DNA of 32,000 bases from Methanococcus maripaludis (GTDB lineage: Archaea > AGJL01 > Methanococci > Methanococcales > Methanococcaceae): the NCBI RefSeq assembly GCF_002945325.1, contig NZ_CP026606.1:1050001-1082000 (forward strand), written 5' to 3'. Within the stretch, counting starts at the first letter, position 1. Every line of letters begins with the position of its first letter. Position numbers and translations under genes: made by a program. Under the pieces are notes generated by a model, which made no database searches, was not told where the DNA came from, and worked only from the letters and a program-made list of their open reading frames with translations. This document shows, piece after piece, positions 7,815 through 15,949 of the stretch.

Positions 7815-8816
7815 TTATTTCTTCTTTGATTCCGGTTTATTTTTATTATTTTTATTTCTTTTTTTCCAGATTCTTGGATAAATTCCTGGCTCCATTATAA
7901 CACGCGTTATTTCTACAACTTCGCCTTCTTCAGTTTTTAACATATCTTTTGTATTCATGAGCGGTTTTCCAACTGCAACAGCTTCTCCTTTCAGTGTTTC
8001 GATTAAAACAATTTCATCAGTTCCAATTCCTTTTTCAATTTTTGAAACTCCTGAAGAATAAAGTGTAGCTCCATGGCATACTGCATCAACCGCGCTATCC
8101 TTTACAATTATTTTTTTAAGGTGTTGTAGCCCATATTCAAGGGGTTTTACTAATTTTCTTAATTCTTCTTCGTTTCCGTCTTCCTTCCAGAATATATATG
8201 CATCAAGTAAATCCTGCAAATAAACAGCTTCATTTTCGTAAAATGGTCCGCTAATAGTTCTTCTAAGCTCTTGCATGTGTGCAGAAGTTCCAAGAGCTTC
8301 ACCCATATCATCTACGAGTTTTCTTAAATATGTTCCGGATTGACATTTCGTTCTAAATAAAATATCTCGCCCATCAATTTCTAAAATCTCAATTTCGTAT
8401 ATTTTTCTAATTCTAAGGCTTCTTTTAACCGCTGCTTTTAAAGGAGGCCTTTGGTGAATTCTTCCAGTAAATTCTTTAAAAATTTTTTCAATATCTGAAA
8501 ACTTAGCATCATCATGAAGATGCATTAAACATACGTATTCTTTTGGCGGGATGTGCCAGATCGGAACGCATTTTGTCGTGTTTCCTAATGCCACGGGAAG
8601 TGCTCCTGTAACTTTTGGGTCAAGTGTTCCGCCGTGTCCTGCTTTAACTAAATTTAGCATGTTTCTAACCCATGCGGCAACTTCGTGGGAAGTTGGACCA
8701 GACGGCTTATCAATTACAACGAGCCCAGTATTTAGAAGTGTTTTTATGTCTCTATTGTATGGGTCTGATCCGTAATTATAATCTGTTTTTGATTCTTCTT
8801 TTACAATTAATTCCAA
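7815..8816 (-). CDS. cbf5: tRNA/rRNA pseudouridine synthase Cbf5 (TruB family) with PUA domain
   Basis: 333-aa ORF with VVIDKPSGPTSHEV and the catalytic-Asp motif GHGGTLDPKVTG. The C-terminal PUA-like region contains KKIIVKDSAVDAVCHGA. It ends in a Lys/Asn-rich tail. Confidence 0.9.
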   Translation of the reverse strand: MELIVKEESKTDYNYGSDPYNRDIKTLLNTGLVVIDKPSGPTSHEVAAWVRNMLNLVKAGHGGTLDPKVTGALPVALGNTTKCVPIWHIPPKEYVCLMHLHDDAKFSDIEKIFKEFTGRIHQRPPLKAAVKRSLRIRKIYEIEILEIDGRDILFRTKCQSGTYLRKLVDDMGEALGTSAHMQELRRTISGPFYENEAVYLQDLLDAYIFWKEDGNEEELRKLVKPLEYGLQHLKKIIVKDSAVDAVCHGATLYSSGVSKIEKGIGTDEIVLIETLKGEAVAVGKPLMNTKDMLKTEEGEVVEITRVIMEPGIYPRIWKKRNKNNKNKPESKKK

Positions 8817-8833
8817 AGTCTCACCTTAAAGGC

Positions 8834-9031
8834 TCATTTTCGTTTTTTATTTTTCATAAACTGTTTTTGGTGTTTTTTCATAAATCTGTAGAGCCTGAAT
8901 GCAGTTACAATAATTCCTGTAAAAAATCCAATTAATACAAAGCAGTTGTTACTATATGCATTCTTAAGTATATAACCTATTATAATTCCAAAAGTTATCG
9001 GGAGGACTATTTCAAAAGCAAGATCGATCAT
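8834..9031 (-). CDS. Small 2-TM membrane protein with basic C-terminal tail (65 aa), hypothetical
   Basis: Two hydrophobic segments (FEIVLPITFGIIIGYIL and FVLIGFFTGIIVTAF) are followed by KKHQKQFMKNKKRK. The gene lies 17 nt upstream of cbf5 on the same strand. No clear RBS. Confidence 0.5.
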   Translation of the reverse strand: MIDLAFEIVLPITFGIIIGYILKNAYSNNCFVLIGFFTGIIVTAFRLYRFMKKHQKQFMKNKKRK

Positions 9032-9146
9032 ATTTTCAAATGTTTATTTCATAATCATAAAACTCGTAATCAAAGAAAACTTACTCAAAAATAAATTTAA
9101 CAGTAAACTATATATATTTCTTTTTTTATTCTTATAATGTGCAATA

Positions 9147-9310
9147 GGGAGTATGGTGTAGTCTGGTCTATCATCGGGGACTCCAAGTGCCTATATGGCC
9201 TTCTTAGAAATCTAAGAATTTTTAAGGCGCACAAACACAAGTTTGTTGCGTGGACTAAAGCCCGATGCAGGAGAAATCCCTGGACCTGGGTTCAAATCCC
9301 AGTACTTCCA
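9147..9310 (+). tRNA. tRNA-Trp (anticodon CCA at 9183-9185) interrupted by an 89-nt intron
   Basis: Cloverleaf folded by hand. Acceptor stem: GGGAGTA/TACTTCC, with one G-U pair. D arm has A14, G18G19 and A21. Anticodon stem: GGGGA (9176-9180)/TCCCT (9277-9281). Anticodon loop: CU-CCA-A…A. T arm: CTGGG-TTCAAAT-CCCAG. Discriminator is A9310. No encoded CCA, and an oligo-T run follows. The mature length is 75 nt. A TATA-like CTATATATAT lies at 9108-9117. Confidence 0.9.
9187..9275 (+). other. tRNA-Trp intron at the canonical 37/38 position with bulge-helix-bulge splice motif
   Basis: A central 4-bp helix, CUCC (9181-9184)/GGAG (9270-9273), is flanked by 3-nt bulges AAG (9185-9187) and AAA (9274-9276). 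The outer helix is UGC (9188-9190)/GCA (9267-9269). The intron also contains two internal hairpins: TTCTTAG-AAAT-CTAAGAA and CGCACAAAC-ACAA-GTTTGTTGCG. Confidence 0.8.
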
Positions 9311-9446
9311 CTTTTTTTCTTTTAAAAATATTATTCCACCGTATCGGTAACTATATACGCTTTTATGCCCAAACTTAAATGAATAAATATATATATTCTG
9401 TAAAAGATATGAATTAATGAACTTATAACACTGTTCAGGTGGTTAC

Positions 9447-9677
9447 ATGAAATTTTTAGAAAAACTAACATCAAAAAAAGGTCAGGTATCAATGGAAATT
9501 GGTATCCTCGTTGCAGCAGCAGTTGCAGTTGCAGCAATCGCAGCATACTTCTACGCAACAAACGTTAAAAATGCGCAAGCAGATACTGGAGCATCAGCTG
9601 CATCAACAACAGGTAATTTAACAAATATTGCAGATAGTGCAACATCGGGAATTTCATCTATTACGCTGACTGCGTAA
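9447..9677 (+). CDS. Type IV pilin-like protein with class III signal peptide (76 aa), paralog of the pilin at 11520
   Basis: The N-terminus is MKFLEKLTSKKG|QVSMEIGILVAAAVAVAAIAAYFY: a short basic leader, a KG|Q cleavage context and a hydrophobic helix. The C-terminal part is Ser/Thr/Ala-rich with one N-x-T sequon (NLT). RBS AGGTGG is at 9436-9441, and a TATA-like AAATATATATATT at about 9385-9397. Confidence 0.8.
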   Translation: MKFLEKLTSKKGQVSMEIGILVAAAVAVAAIAAYFYATNVKNAQADTGASAASTTGNLTNIADSATSGISSITLTA

Positions 9678-9705
9678 TTTCTTTTCTATTATTTTTGGTG
9701 ATTTT

Positions 9706-11487
9706 TTGGATTTATTTTATTTTTTGATAGTTCTAATTTTGATATACTTGATAAATCCTTTAAAAAATGACGAAAAATTGATGACAACTCCTTTTTTATC
9801 AATTTCTTATATTATAATTTCATCTTATTTTATGTCAGTTTTCGGCGTATCGTTAATCAAAATTTACTATATTATCCCGTTAATTTTTTTAACGATTTTC
9901 AATTTTAAAAAAATTTCTTTTAAAAATGTAAAGTTAAATAAAATTTCAGTTTTGTTTGTAATATTAATTTCATTACTCGCAGTTTTTGAAGGATATATAA
10001 TATTTCCCGAAAACCCGTTAAATAAAACAGATACTCAATACCACAGTTATAAATCACAGGCAATAATCGAAGAAAAAAGTTTATTTTATACAACATCTGA
10101 AATCCCATACGTAAATTACGTTAAATATCCTTCAGGATTTCATTCTTTAGTTTATTTCATTTCAAATCAGGTAAATGACATTCCAGATGCATTTAATTTT
10201 TTAATGTACTTTATGCTGGTTTCAATGGTTATTGGGTTTTATTTGGTTGGAGAATCAATAAAATCAGGACTTGGATATTTTACAGCACCTTTTGTACTGG
10301 CAGGAAGTGTTTTTTATGGAATAATTTACGTACTCTATCCAAATTATCTCGCTTATTCCTTATTTTTAATCTCTGTATTTTTCTTAATTAAATACTCAAA
10401 ATCAAGGGATACTAATTATCTCTATCTTTTTTCTTTAGTTTTATTTGCAATGATTTATACACACCCGTTTCCTGTTTTAATGTTGATTTTATTTATTTTA
10501 TCAATCACGATATTCGAAATATCAAATAAAAATTATAACGTAATAAAAAATTATTTTATATTTTCAGTTATTCCCGCAGTAGCTTCATTACTATTAATTT
10601 CAAAAAGAATGTCAAAAGATATAGTTTCATACAGCAAATCGTCAAATCTGCTTTCAGAACCTGTTAATATAATTATTCATAACATTTTCGCAGGATTTGG
10701 AATATTTTACCTGTTTATGAAACATCCTGTGTATGCCGTTACACTCGATAACGGAGTTACATTTTTAATTTCACTATTCTTTACTTATCTCTTCATAATT
10801 GGACTTTATGGCATATTTAAACATAAAATGTATTATCTAATACTGTTTCCTATATTGTTACTCTTTATTTTGATTAACAGTGAATCTATCCATCTTAGCA
10901 TACCATTTTTTAATACCATGTATGCATCAAACAGGATGATGTACAATATTCAAATAATAATGCCGATATTTTATGGTTTCGGAGTTTATTCGATCATAAA
11001 CACTCTTAAAAAAAGAACATTTAAATTAGGTTTTATTTTCTTAACTTCGTTTGTTATTTTTTCTTCAGCATGCATGAATTATCAAATAATTCCTGATTAT
11101 TTAAAAGAGCAGTATGTAGTTTCTGAAGCTGATTTGAATGCTTTTGAATGGATTAACTTAAATAATATTTCAAATGAAACGTTTTTAAATTTTGGGGAAG
11201 ATGCAGGACAATTTTTACCAATATATACATCTAATAAACCTGTTTTTTATTACTCAAAATTTTCAAGCGGAGATTTTTCAATAGGAAATAATACAATATA
11301 TGAACTTGCAAAATTTATTGATGGCAATGATCAGTATAACTACACGAAAGTATGTAAAATGAATAATATTAAGTATATTTACGTTTCAGGAGTACTTGGT
11401 GAATTATGTAGTGACTTCTTCAAAGATATGGCTTATTTTAAAATACTATATGGAGAAGACAACGTATATATTGTTGAAGTTATATAA
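9706..11487 (+). CDS. Large polytopic membrane protein (593 aa, more than 10 predicted TM segments, about 130-aa C-terminal soluble domain), function unknown
   Basis: An uninterrupted 1.8-kb ORF that is extremely hydrophobic through about residue 460, followed by a polar C-terminal domain (QIIPDYLKEQYVVSEADLNAFEWINL…). An apparent TTG start at 9706 lies 5 nt after GGTG (9697-9700). An alternative ATG is at 9781. Confidence 0.72.
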   Translation: MDLFYFLIVLILIYLINPLKNDEKLMTTPFLSISYIIISSYFMSVFGVSLIKIYYIIPLIFLTIFNFKKISFKNVKLNKISVLFVILISLLAVFEGYIIFPENPLNKTDTQYHSYKSQAIIEEKSLFYTTSEIPYVNYVKYPSGFHSLVYFISNQVNDIPDAFNFLMYFMLVSMVIGFYLVGESIKSGLGYFTAPFVLAGSVFYGIIYVLYPNYLAYSLFLISVFFLIKYSKSRDTNYLYLFSLVLFAMIYTHPFPVLMLILFILSITIFEISNKNYNVIKNYFIFSVIPAVASLLLISKRMSKDIVSYSKSSNLLSEPVNIIIHNIFAGFGIFYLFMKHPVYAVTLDNGVTFLISLFFTYLFIIGLYGIFKHKMYYLILFPILLLFILINSESIHLSIPFFNTMYASNRMMYNIQIIMPIFYGFGVYSIINTLKKRTFKLGFIFLTSFVIFSSACMNYQIIPDYLKEQYVVSEADLNAFEWINLNNISNETFLNFGEDAGQFLPIYTSNKPVFYYSKFSSGDFSIGNNTIYELAKFIDGNDQYNYTKVCKMNNIKYIYVSGVLGELCSDFFKDMAYFKILYGEDNVYIVEVI

Positions 11488-11519
11488 CTATTTAAAGAAC
11501 TGGATGTGGACGTGGTGCT

Positions 11520-11741
11520 ATGAAATTTTTAGAAAAAATAACATCAAAAAAAGGTCAAATAGCAATGGAACTCGGAATACTGGTTATGGCGGCAGTTGCA
11601 GTTGCAGCAATCGCAGCATACTTTTATGCAACGAATGTTAGCAATACTGGAAAACAGATTACAAATTCGACAAACCAGACAACTCAGGCACTCGCTGATG
11701 CAATATCTGATGCTACATCAGAACTGTCTAGCTACGCATAA
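11520..11741 (+). CDS. epdE: Short type IV pilin-like glycoprotein (73 aa), resembles the major pilin of Methanococcus maripaludis
   Basis: Begins MKFLEKITSKKG|QIAMELGILVMAAVAVAAIAAYFYATNVSNTGKQITNSTNQTTQ… It has a KKG|Q class III signal peptide, a 61-aa predicted mature protein and three N-x-S/T sequons (NVS, NST, NQT). RBS GGTG lies just upstream. The symbol is assigned from memory of the MMP1685-type pilin and has not been verified. Confidence 0.8.
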   Translation: MKFLEKITSKKGQIAMELGILVMAAVAVAAIAAYFYATNVSNTGKQITNSTNQTTQALADAISDATSELSSYA

Positions 11742-11752
11742 GATGTGACTTT

Positions 11753-12436
11753 ATGAGGCTTATAGGATTAACAGATTTACATAACCGCATAATTAATTTT
11801 GATAAACTTTTAAGGTACAAACCTGATGTTATTTTAATTTCTGGAGATTTTACAAAATGTAGCTTTGCTAAATCAGAGGATCAGGATGATTTATACGATA
11901 TTGTCTATGACGTAGATACAAAACTTATCGATTTTTTAGAAAATTTAAACAACAAAATAAAAGTGTTTATAATCCCTGGAAACTGGGAAAATTTGAATAC
12001 AATACAAAAAATGAATGAATCCGGGTTAAATATCGATGAAAAACTTGTTAAATTTTACGATACAATTTTTATTGGATTGGGGGGTTCAAATGAGACTCCA
12101 ATTTGTAGTCCAAACGAATATTCAGAAGATGAAATTTACGAAAGATTTATCAAAATTTTAAAAAATGAAAAAATAGATGTTAAAAATAATTTTATTTTAC
12201 TCTCACACGTTCCGCCAAAATATACAATGGCTGACAGGTGTGAAGCAGGACACGTTGGAAGTAGCGCAGTTAGAAAAATTATTGAAGAATTTAAACCAGT
12301 TTTATGCGCATGCGGACATGTTCATGAAAGTAGGAGTATTGATAAAATCGGAAATACCTTGATTGTAAACCCATCTTCAACTGGATTTTTTATATATGAT
12401 ACGAAAACTAAAAATTTAGAGATACATGATTTATAA
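11753..12436 (+). CDS. Calcineurin-like metallophosphoesterase
   Basis: 227-aa ORF with the motifs LTDLH, SGDFT, GNWEN, LLSHVPP and GHVHE, in the canonical order for the metallophosphoesterase fold. Confidence 0.8.
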   Translation: MRLIGLTDLHNRIINFDKLLRYKPDVILISGDFTKCSFAKSEDQDDLYDIVYDVDTKLIDFLENLNNKIKVFIIPGNWENLNTIQKMNESGLNIDEKLVKFYDTIFIGLGGSNETPICSPNEYSEDEIYERFIKILKNEKIDVKNNFILLSHVPPKYTMADRCEAGHVGSSAVRKIIEEFKPVLCACGHVHESRSIDKIGNTLIVNPSSTGFFIYDTKTKNLEIHDL

Positions 12437-13078
12437 TTATCTTAAACGTCTTTTTTTCAAAGAAACTCTACTTGAAGCCTTCTTTTTTATAAATGATCTC
12501 ATATCTAAGTAGTAAAATAAAATAAACAGGTATGGGAGTAATATTTCAGGATAGTAATCAATTTCAATTATATTTAATAGTATTAATCCCACCATTAAAG
12601 TTAGATACAGTATAATATACAGTTCAAATGCCCAGTAACGAACAATACTGCTTCCAACAAGCGCAAATGAAGTAATTAACATGATAAATGCAATATAAAA
12701 CATGCTTAAGTATCCTAATGGTATAATATATAATAAAAACACGAATAGCAATGCTGAATAAAATAAAATGATTGCAATATAATATTCAAGTCCAAATTCC
12801 TGAAGCCCTTGAAAACTTGATGCATCGATACTTAATGAATTATCAAAATATGCTCTTGAAATTTCAAATACTACCATGGTAGCTATTGAAAACCCGATAA
12901 CTGGAATAATACTGTGTATACTCAACGTTTTTAACGTTATTTCCGAAAGTACGTATGTATTAATTGTACACATCAAAACTAAAATCAGATAGTATCCAGT
13001 CATAGACTTTGATATTTTTGTGAATACATAACCTATTATACCGGAAATTAACACAAGAAGTAGTATCTGATAATCCAT
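12437..13078 (-). CDS. Hypothetical integral membrane protein (213 aa, about 6 TM, basic C-terminal tail)
   Basis: A continuous ORF made of repeated hydrophobic segments, ending KKKASSRVSLKKRRLR. It abuts the convergent metallophosphoesterase gene with zero gap. Confidence 0.62.
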   Translation of the reverse strand: MDYQILLLVLISGIIGYVFTKISKSMTGYYLILVLMCTINTYVLSEITLKTLSIHSIIPVIGFSIATMVVFEISRAYFDNSLSIDASSFQGLQEFGLEYYIAIILFYSALLFVFLLYIIPLGYLSMFYIAFIMLITSFALVGSSIVRYWAFELYIILYLTLMVGLILLNIIEIDYYPEILLPYLFILFYYLDMRSFIKKKASSRVSLKKRRLR

Positions 13079-13210
13079 AAATATTCCTGCTATGGTTTTT
13101 TAAGGGTCAATTATACATATATATTAATTTTATAATATATAAATGGTACTCTCATGAGTTCTGAGTTATAAACGTCTAAATTGTACTTATTTTTGAATAA
13201 TGGTGCTATA

Positions 13211-14614
13211 ATGGAATATTTACTTAATTTAAAAAAAGCAGTTAAGATACTTAGAAAAAATCGGGACAAAAAGATACTGGTCTGTACCCACATCGATACG
13301 GATGGAATAAATTCCAGAATTATTTTAGAAAACGTGCTCGAAAGATTAAATATTGAAGCGGAATTTTTATTTTTAAGGCAGATTGATTACGGAACAATTG
13401 ATACAATTCCTTTTGACAATGATTTAATAATATTTGCAGACCTGGGAAGCGGTCAAATCGATTTAATAAATGAAAAATTAAAAGAAACTTCAAAAAAGCC
13501 AAAAATAATTATTTTGGACCACCACATAGTTTCAAACGAGAAAATACCTGAAAATATTGTAAATGTAAACCCTCATAACGATGGTATTGATGGGGGAAAG
13601 GAAATCTGTGGTGCAGGGGTCTGCTATCTTTTTGCAAAGATATGTGATCCTCGGTTTACTGATCTTGCAAAATATGCAGTTTTGGGGGCTGTTGGAGATG
13701 TTCAAAGCCTTGAAGGAAATTTAATTGGGTTAAATCGGGATGTAATTTTAAGAGATGCAGTAAAAGCAGGAGATATTTCCGTAAGTCCAGATTTACAGTT
13801 TTATGGGAAACATACAAGACCGCTTTTTACTTCTATTAAATATTTCACCGATGTTAGAACTGATCTTACTGATAACGATTCTCGAATAATTAACTTTATA
13901 AATAATGTAAACAGAAAGCACGGAACCGACATAATTCCAAAAGATTATTTATGCGATTTAACATTTGATCAGAAAAAAATCATGGGCAGTGAGTTCTTAC
14001 ACAAATGTAGCCGGTACATTCCTCCTGCATGGCGGATACACCTTCCAAAAGTTATTTTTGGAGAAAGCTACGAGCTAACAAACGAGGAATTCAAGTCGAA
14101 TTTAAAGAATCTGGAAGAATTTTCAACATGTATAAACGGCTGTTCGAGATACGATGAATACGATGTTCCCTTGGAAGTTTTAAAAGGGGATCGGGATAAA
14201 AACTATAGTAAAATGCTTAAAATGCTTAAAAAACACAAAAGAAATCTTGCGGGTTCAATGAACTTTTTAAGAAACGATGTTGAAATAGTTCAGAAAGAAA
14301 ACTTCCAGTACTTTAAGGTTGACAAAAATGCAATAAAAGGAAACATCGTAGGAATTGTTGCTGGAATGAGTTATTCTCTTGAAAAAGTTGACTGGAAAAA
14401 ACCGATTTTTGCAGTTTCTGAAATGGATGACGGATACAAAGTATCAGCAAGATGTCCAAAGCTTTTATCCTTTGCAGAAGATATAAATCTTGCAAGTGCG
14501 ATAAACTACGCTTCCAAAAAAGTTGGTGGAAGTGGCGGGGGACACAAATTTGCATGTGGGGCATATATCCCAGAAATCGGGGATTTTGTCAAATATCTCG
14601 AAGAAAAACTATAA
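13211..14614 (+). CDS. Archaeal RecJ-like DHH/DHHA1 family phosphoesterase (nuclease)
   Basis: DHH-family motifs appear in order: [11 protein letters not shown] (DxD), [13 protein letters not shown], and the C-terminal [13 protein letters not shown] (GGGH). The ORF-track TTG start (13181) is trimmed to ATG 13211, which follows GGTG at 13202-13205. Confidence 0.8.
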   Translation: MEYLLNLKKAVKILRKNRDKKILVCTHIDTDGINSRIILENVLERLNIEAEFLFLRQIDYGTIDTIPFDNDLIIFADLGSGQIDLINEKLKETSKKPKIIILDHHIVSNEKIPENIVNVNPHNDGIDGGKEICGAGVCYLFAKICDPRFTDLAKYAVLGAVGDVQSLEGNLIGLNRDVILRDAVKAGDISVSPDLQFYGKHTRPLFTSIKYFTDVRTDLTDNDSRIINFINNVNRKHGTDIIPKDYLCDLTFDQKKIMGSEFLHKCSRYIPPAWRIHLPKVIFGESYELTNEEFKSNLKNLEEFSTCINGCSRYDEYDVPLEVLKGDRDKNYSKMLKMLKKHKRNLAGSMNFLRNDVEIVQKENFQYFKVDKNAIKGNIVGIVAGMSYSLEKVDWKKPIFAVSEMDDGYKVSARCPKLLSFAEDINLASAINYASKKVGGSGGGHKFACGAYIPEIGDFVKYLEEKL

Positions 14615-14662
14615 TTTAAACTAAAAATAAAATAGAATATCAAGACTTTGCAGGTAAAAGTT

Positions 14663-15949
14663 ATGTTTAATGAAGACACAAAATTTGCATCCCCTTATGA
14701 AATAAAAGTTTTAAACGAATTAACTGGAAAAAATTTTCAGGAAGATGATTTAATCCTTTTAGAAAAGCTTTCTGGAATGGATTACAGAAAAAGAGTTTAC
14801 GTTTCAGAAGATCAGATTGGAACACTCGAATTTGATTTACTGGATTTAACGTGGAAATTTATTCCATCTCCTCTTTACTATATGATTGAAGACCCAAAAA
14901 TCTCCTTAAAATATACTAAAAAAAGGCTTAAAGGAAAATACATTAAAGAAGAGCTTTTGGAAAACCCTGAAGAATTAAATGAAGCATTAAAAGATGATTT
15001 TGAATATATCGGGGTAAAAATTGGGGATTTTTTAGGAGTTGGGGTTAGAAAAGAAGATCGGGTAAAAGTAAAAGATCTTTCAAGGAAAAAAGAGCTAGAT
15101 TTTCAAAAAATTGCAGATTATTTAGAGTATAATAAAGAATACCTTGATGAAATGGTTGAAAATTCAATAGAAATCCTTCAAGATGCTGTTGAAAAATACA
15201 AAAGAAAAGGATACGCGATAAACGCATCTTTTAGTGGCGGAAAGGACAGTGCAGTATGCACACTTATTTCAAAAGAAGTTATTCCTGATTTAGATGTAGT
15301 ATTTATCGATACAGGCTTAGAATATCCTGAAACCCTAAATTATGTGAAAGATTTTGTAGATAAATATGATATCAATCTTGATACTGTAGATGGGGATAAT
15401 TTCTGGGACAATCTTGAAAAAGAAGGCATTCCAACAAAAGACAATCGATGGTGCAACAGTGCCTGTAAATTAATGCCTCTAAAAAGATACTTAAAAAAGA
15501 AGTACGGAAACAGAAAAGTTCTTACAATTGATGGTTCCAGAAAATACGAGAGTTTCACCCGTGCAAATTTGGATTACGAAAGAAAAAGCGGATTTATCGA
15601 TTTCCAGACAAATGTCTTCCCAATTCTTGACTGGAATTCGATTGATATCTGGAGCTACATATTTTCAAAAGATATTATATATAATCCAATGTATGATAAA
15701 GGATTTGAAAGAATCGGCTGTTATTTATGCCCTTCAGCATTAAACAGTGAATTTTTAAGGGTAAAAGAACTTTATCCTGACTACTTTGAAAGATGGGTTA
15801 AATATCTTAAGAAATATTTCCCAGAAAGCGAAGTATTAAGGGGATTTTGGAGATGGGATGAACTTCCTCCAAAAATGATAGAACTCGAAGAAAATATGGG
15901 TGTAGATATCGAAAAAAAGAAAAGATTAAAAAGAATTACTCAACTGTAA
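14663..15949 (+). CDS. PAPS reductase family / PP-loop ATP pyrophosphatase protein with about 190-aa N-terminal extension
   Basis: PP-loop SFSGGKDS motif. Four Cys are arranged WCNSAC … GCYLCP, possibly ligating an Fe-S cluster. The start is trimmed from TTG 14648 to ATG 14663, which follows AGGT. Confidence 0.78.
   Translation: MFNEDTKFASPYEIKVLNELTGKNFQEDDLILLEKLSGMDYRKRVYVSEDQIGTLEFDLLDLTWKFIPSPLYYMIEDPKISLKYTKKRLKGKYIKEELLENPEELNEALKDDFEYIGVKIGDFLGVGVRKEDRVKVKDLSRKKELDFQKIADYLEYNKEYLDEMVENSIEILQDAVEKYKRKGYAINASFSGGKDSAVCTLISKEVIPDLDVVFIDTGLEYPETLNYVKDFVDKYDINLDTVDGDNFWDNLEKEGIPTKDNRWCNSACKLMPLKRYLKKKYGNRKVLTIDGSRKYESFTRANLDYERKSGFIDFQTNVFPILDWNSIDIWSYIFSKDIIYNPMYDKGFERIGCYLCPSALNSEFLRVKELYPDYFERWVKYLKKYFPESEVLRGFWRWDELPPKMIELEENMGVDIEKKKRLKRITQL

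Noticed and set aside
9187-9275. Box C/D guide sRNA inside the tRNA-Trp intron (as in haloarchaea)
   Set aside because: I could not find RUGAUGA or CUGA boxes, or guide complementarity to the exon around position 39. CGAUGCA at 9263-9269 is at best a degenerate C box. It is kept only as a question in the findings.
9137-9325. 62-aa ORF on the + strand
   Set aside because: It coincides with the intron-containing tRNA-Trp gene, which folds into a complete cloverleaf with a BHB motif.
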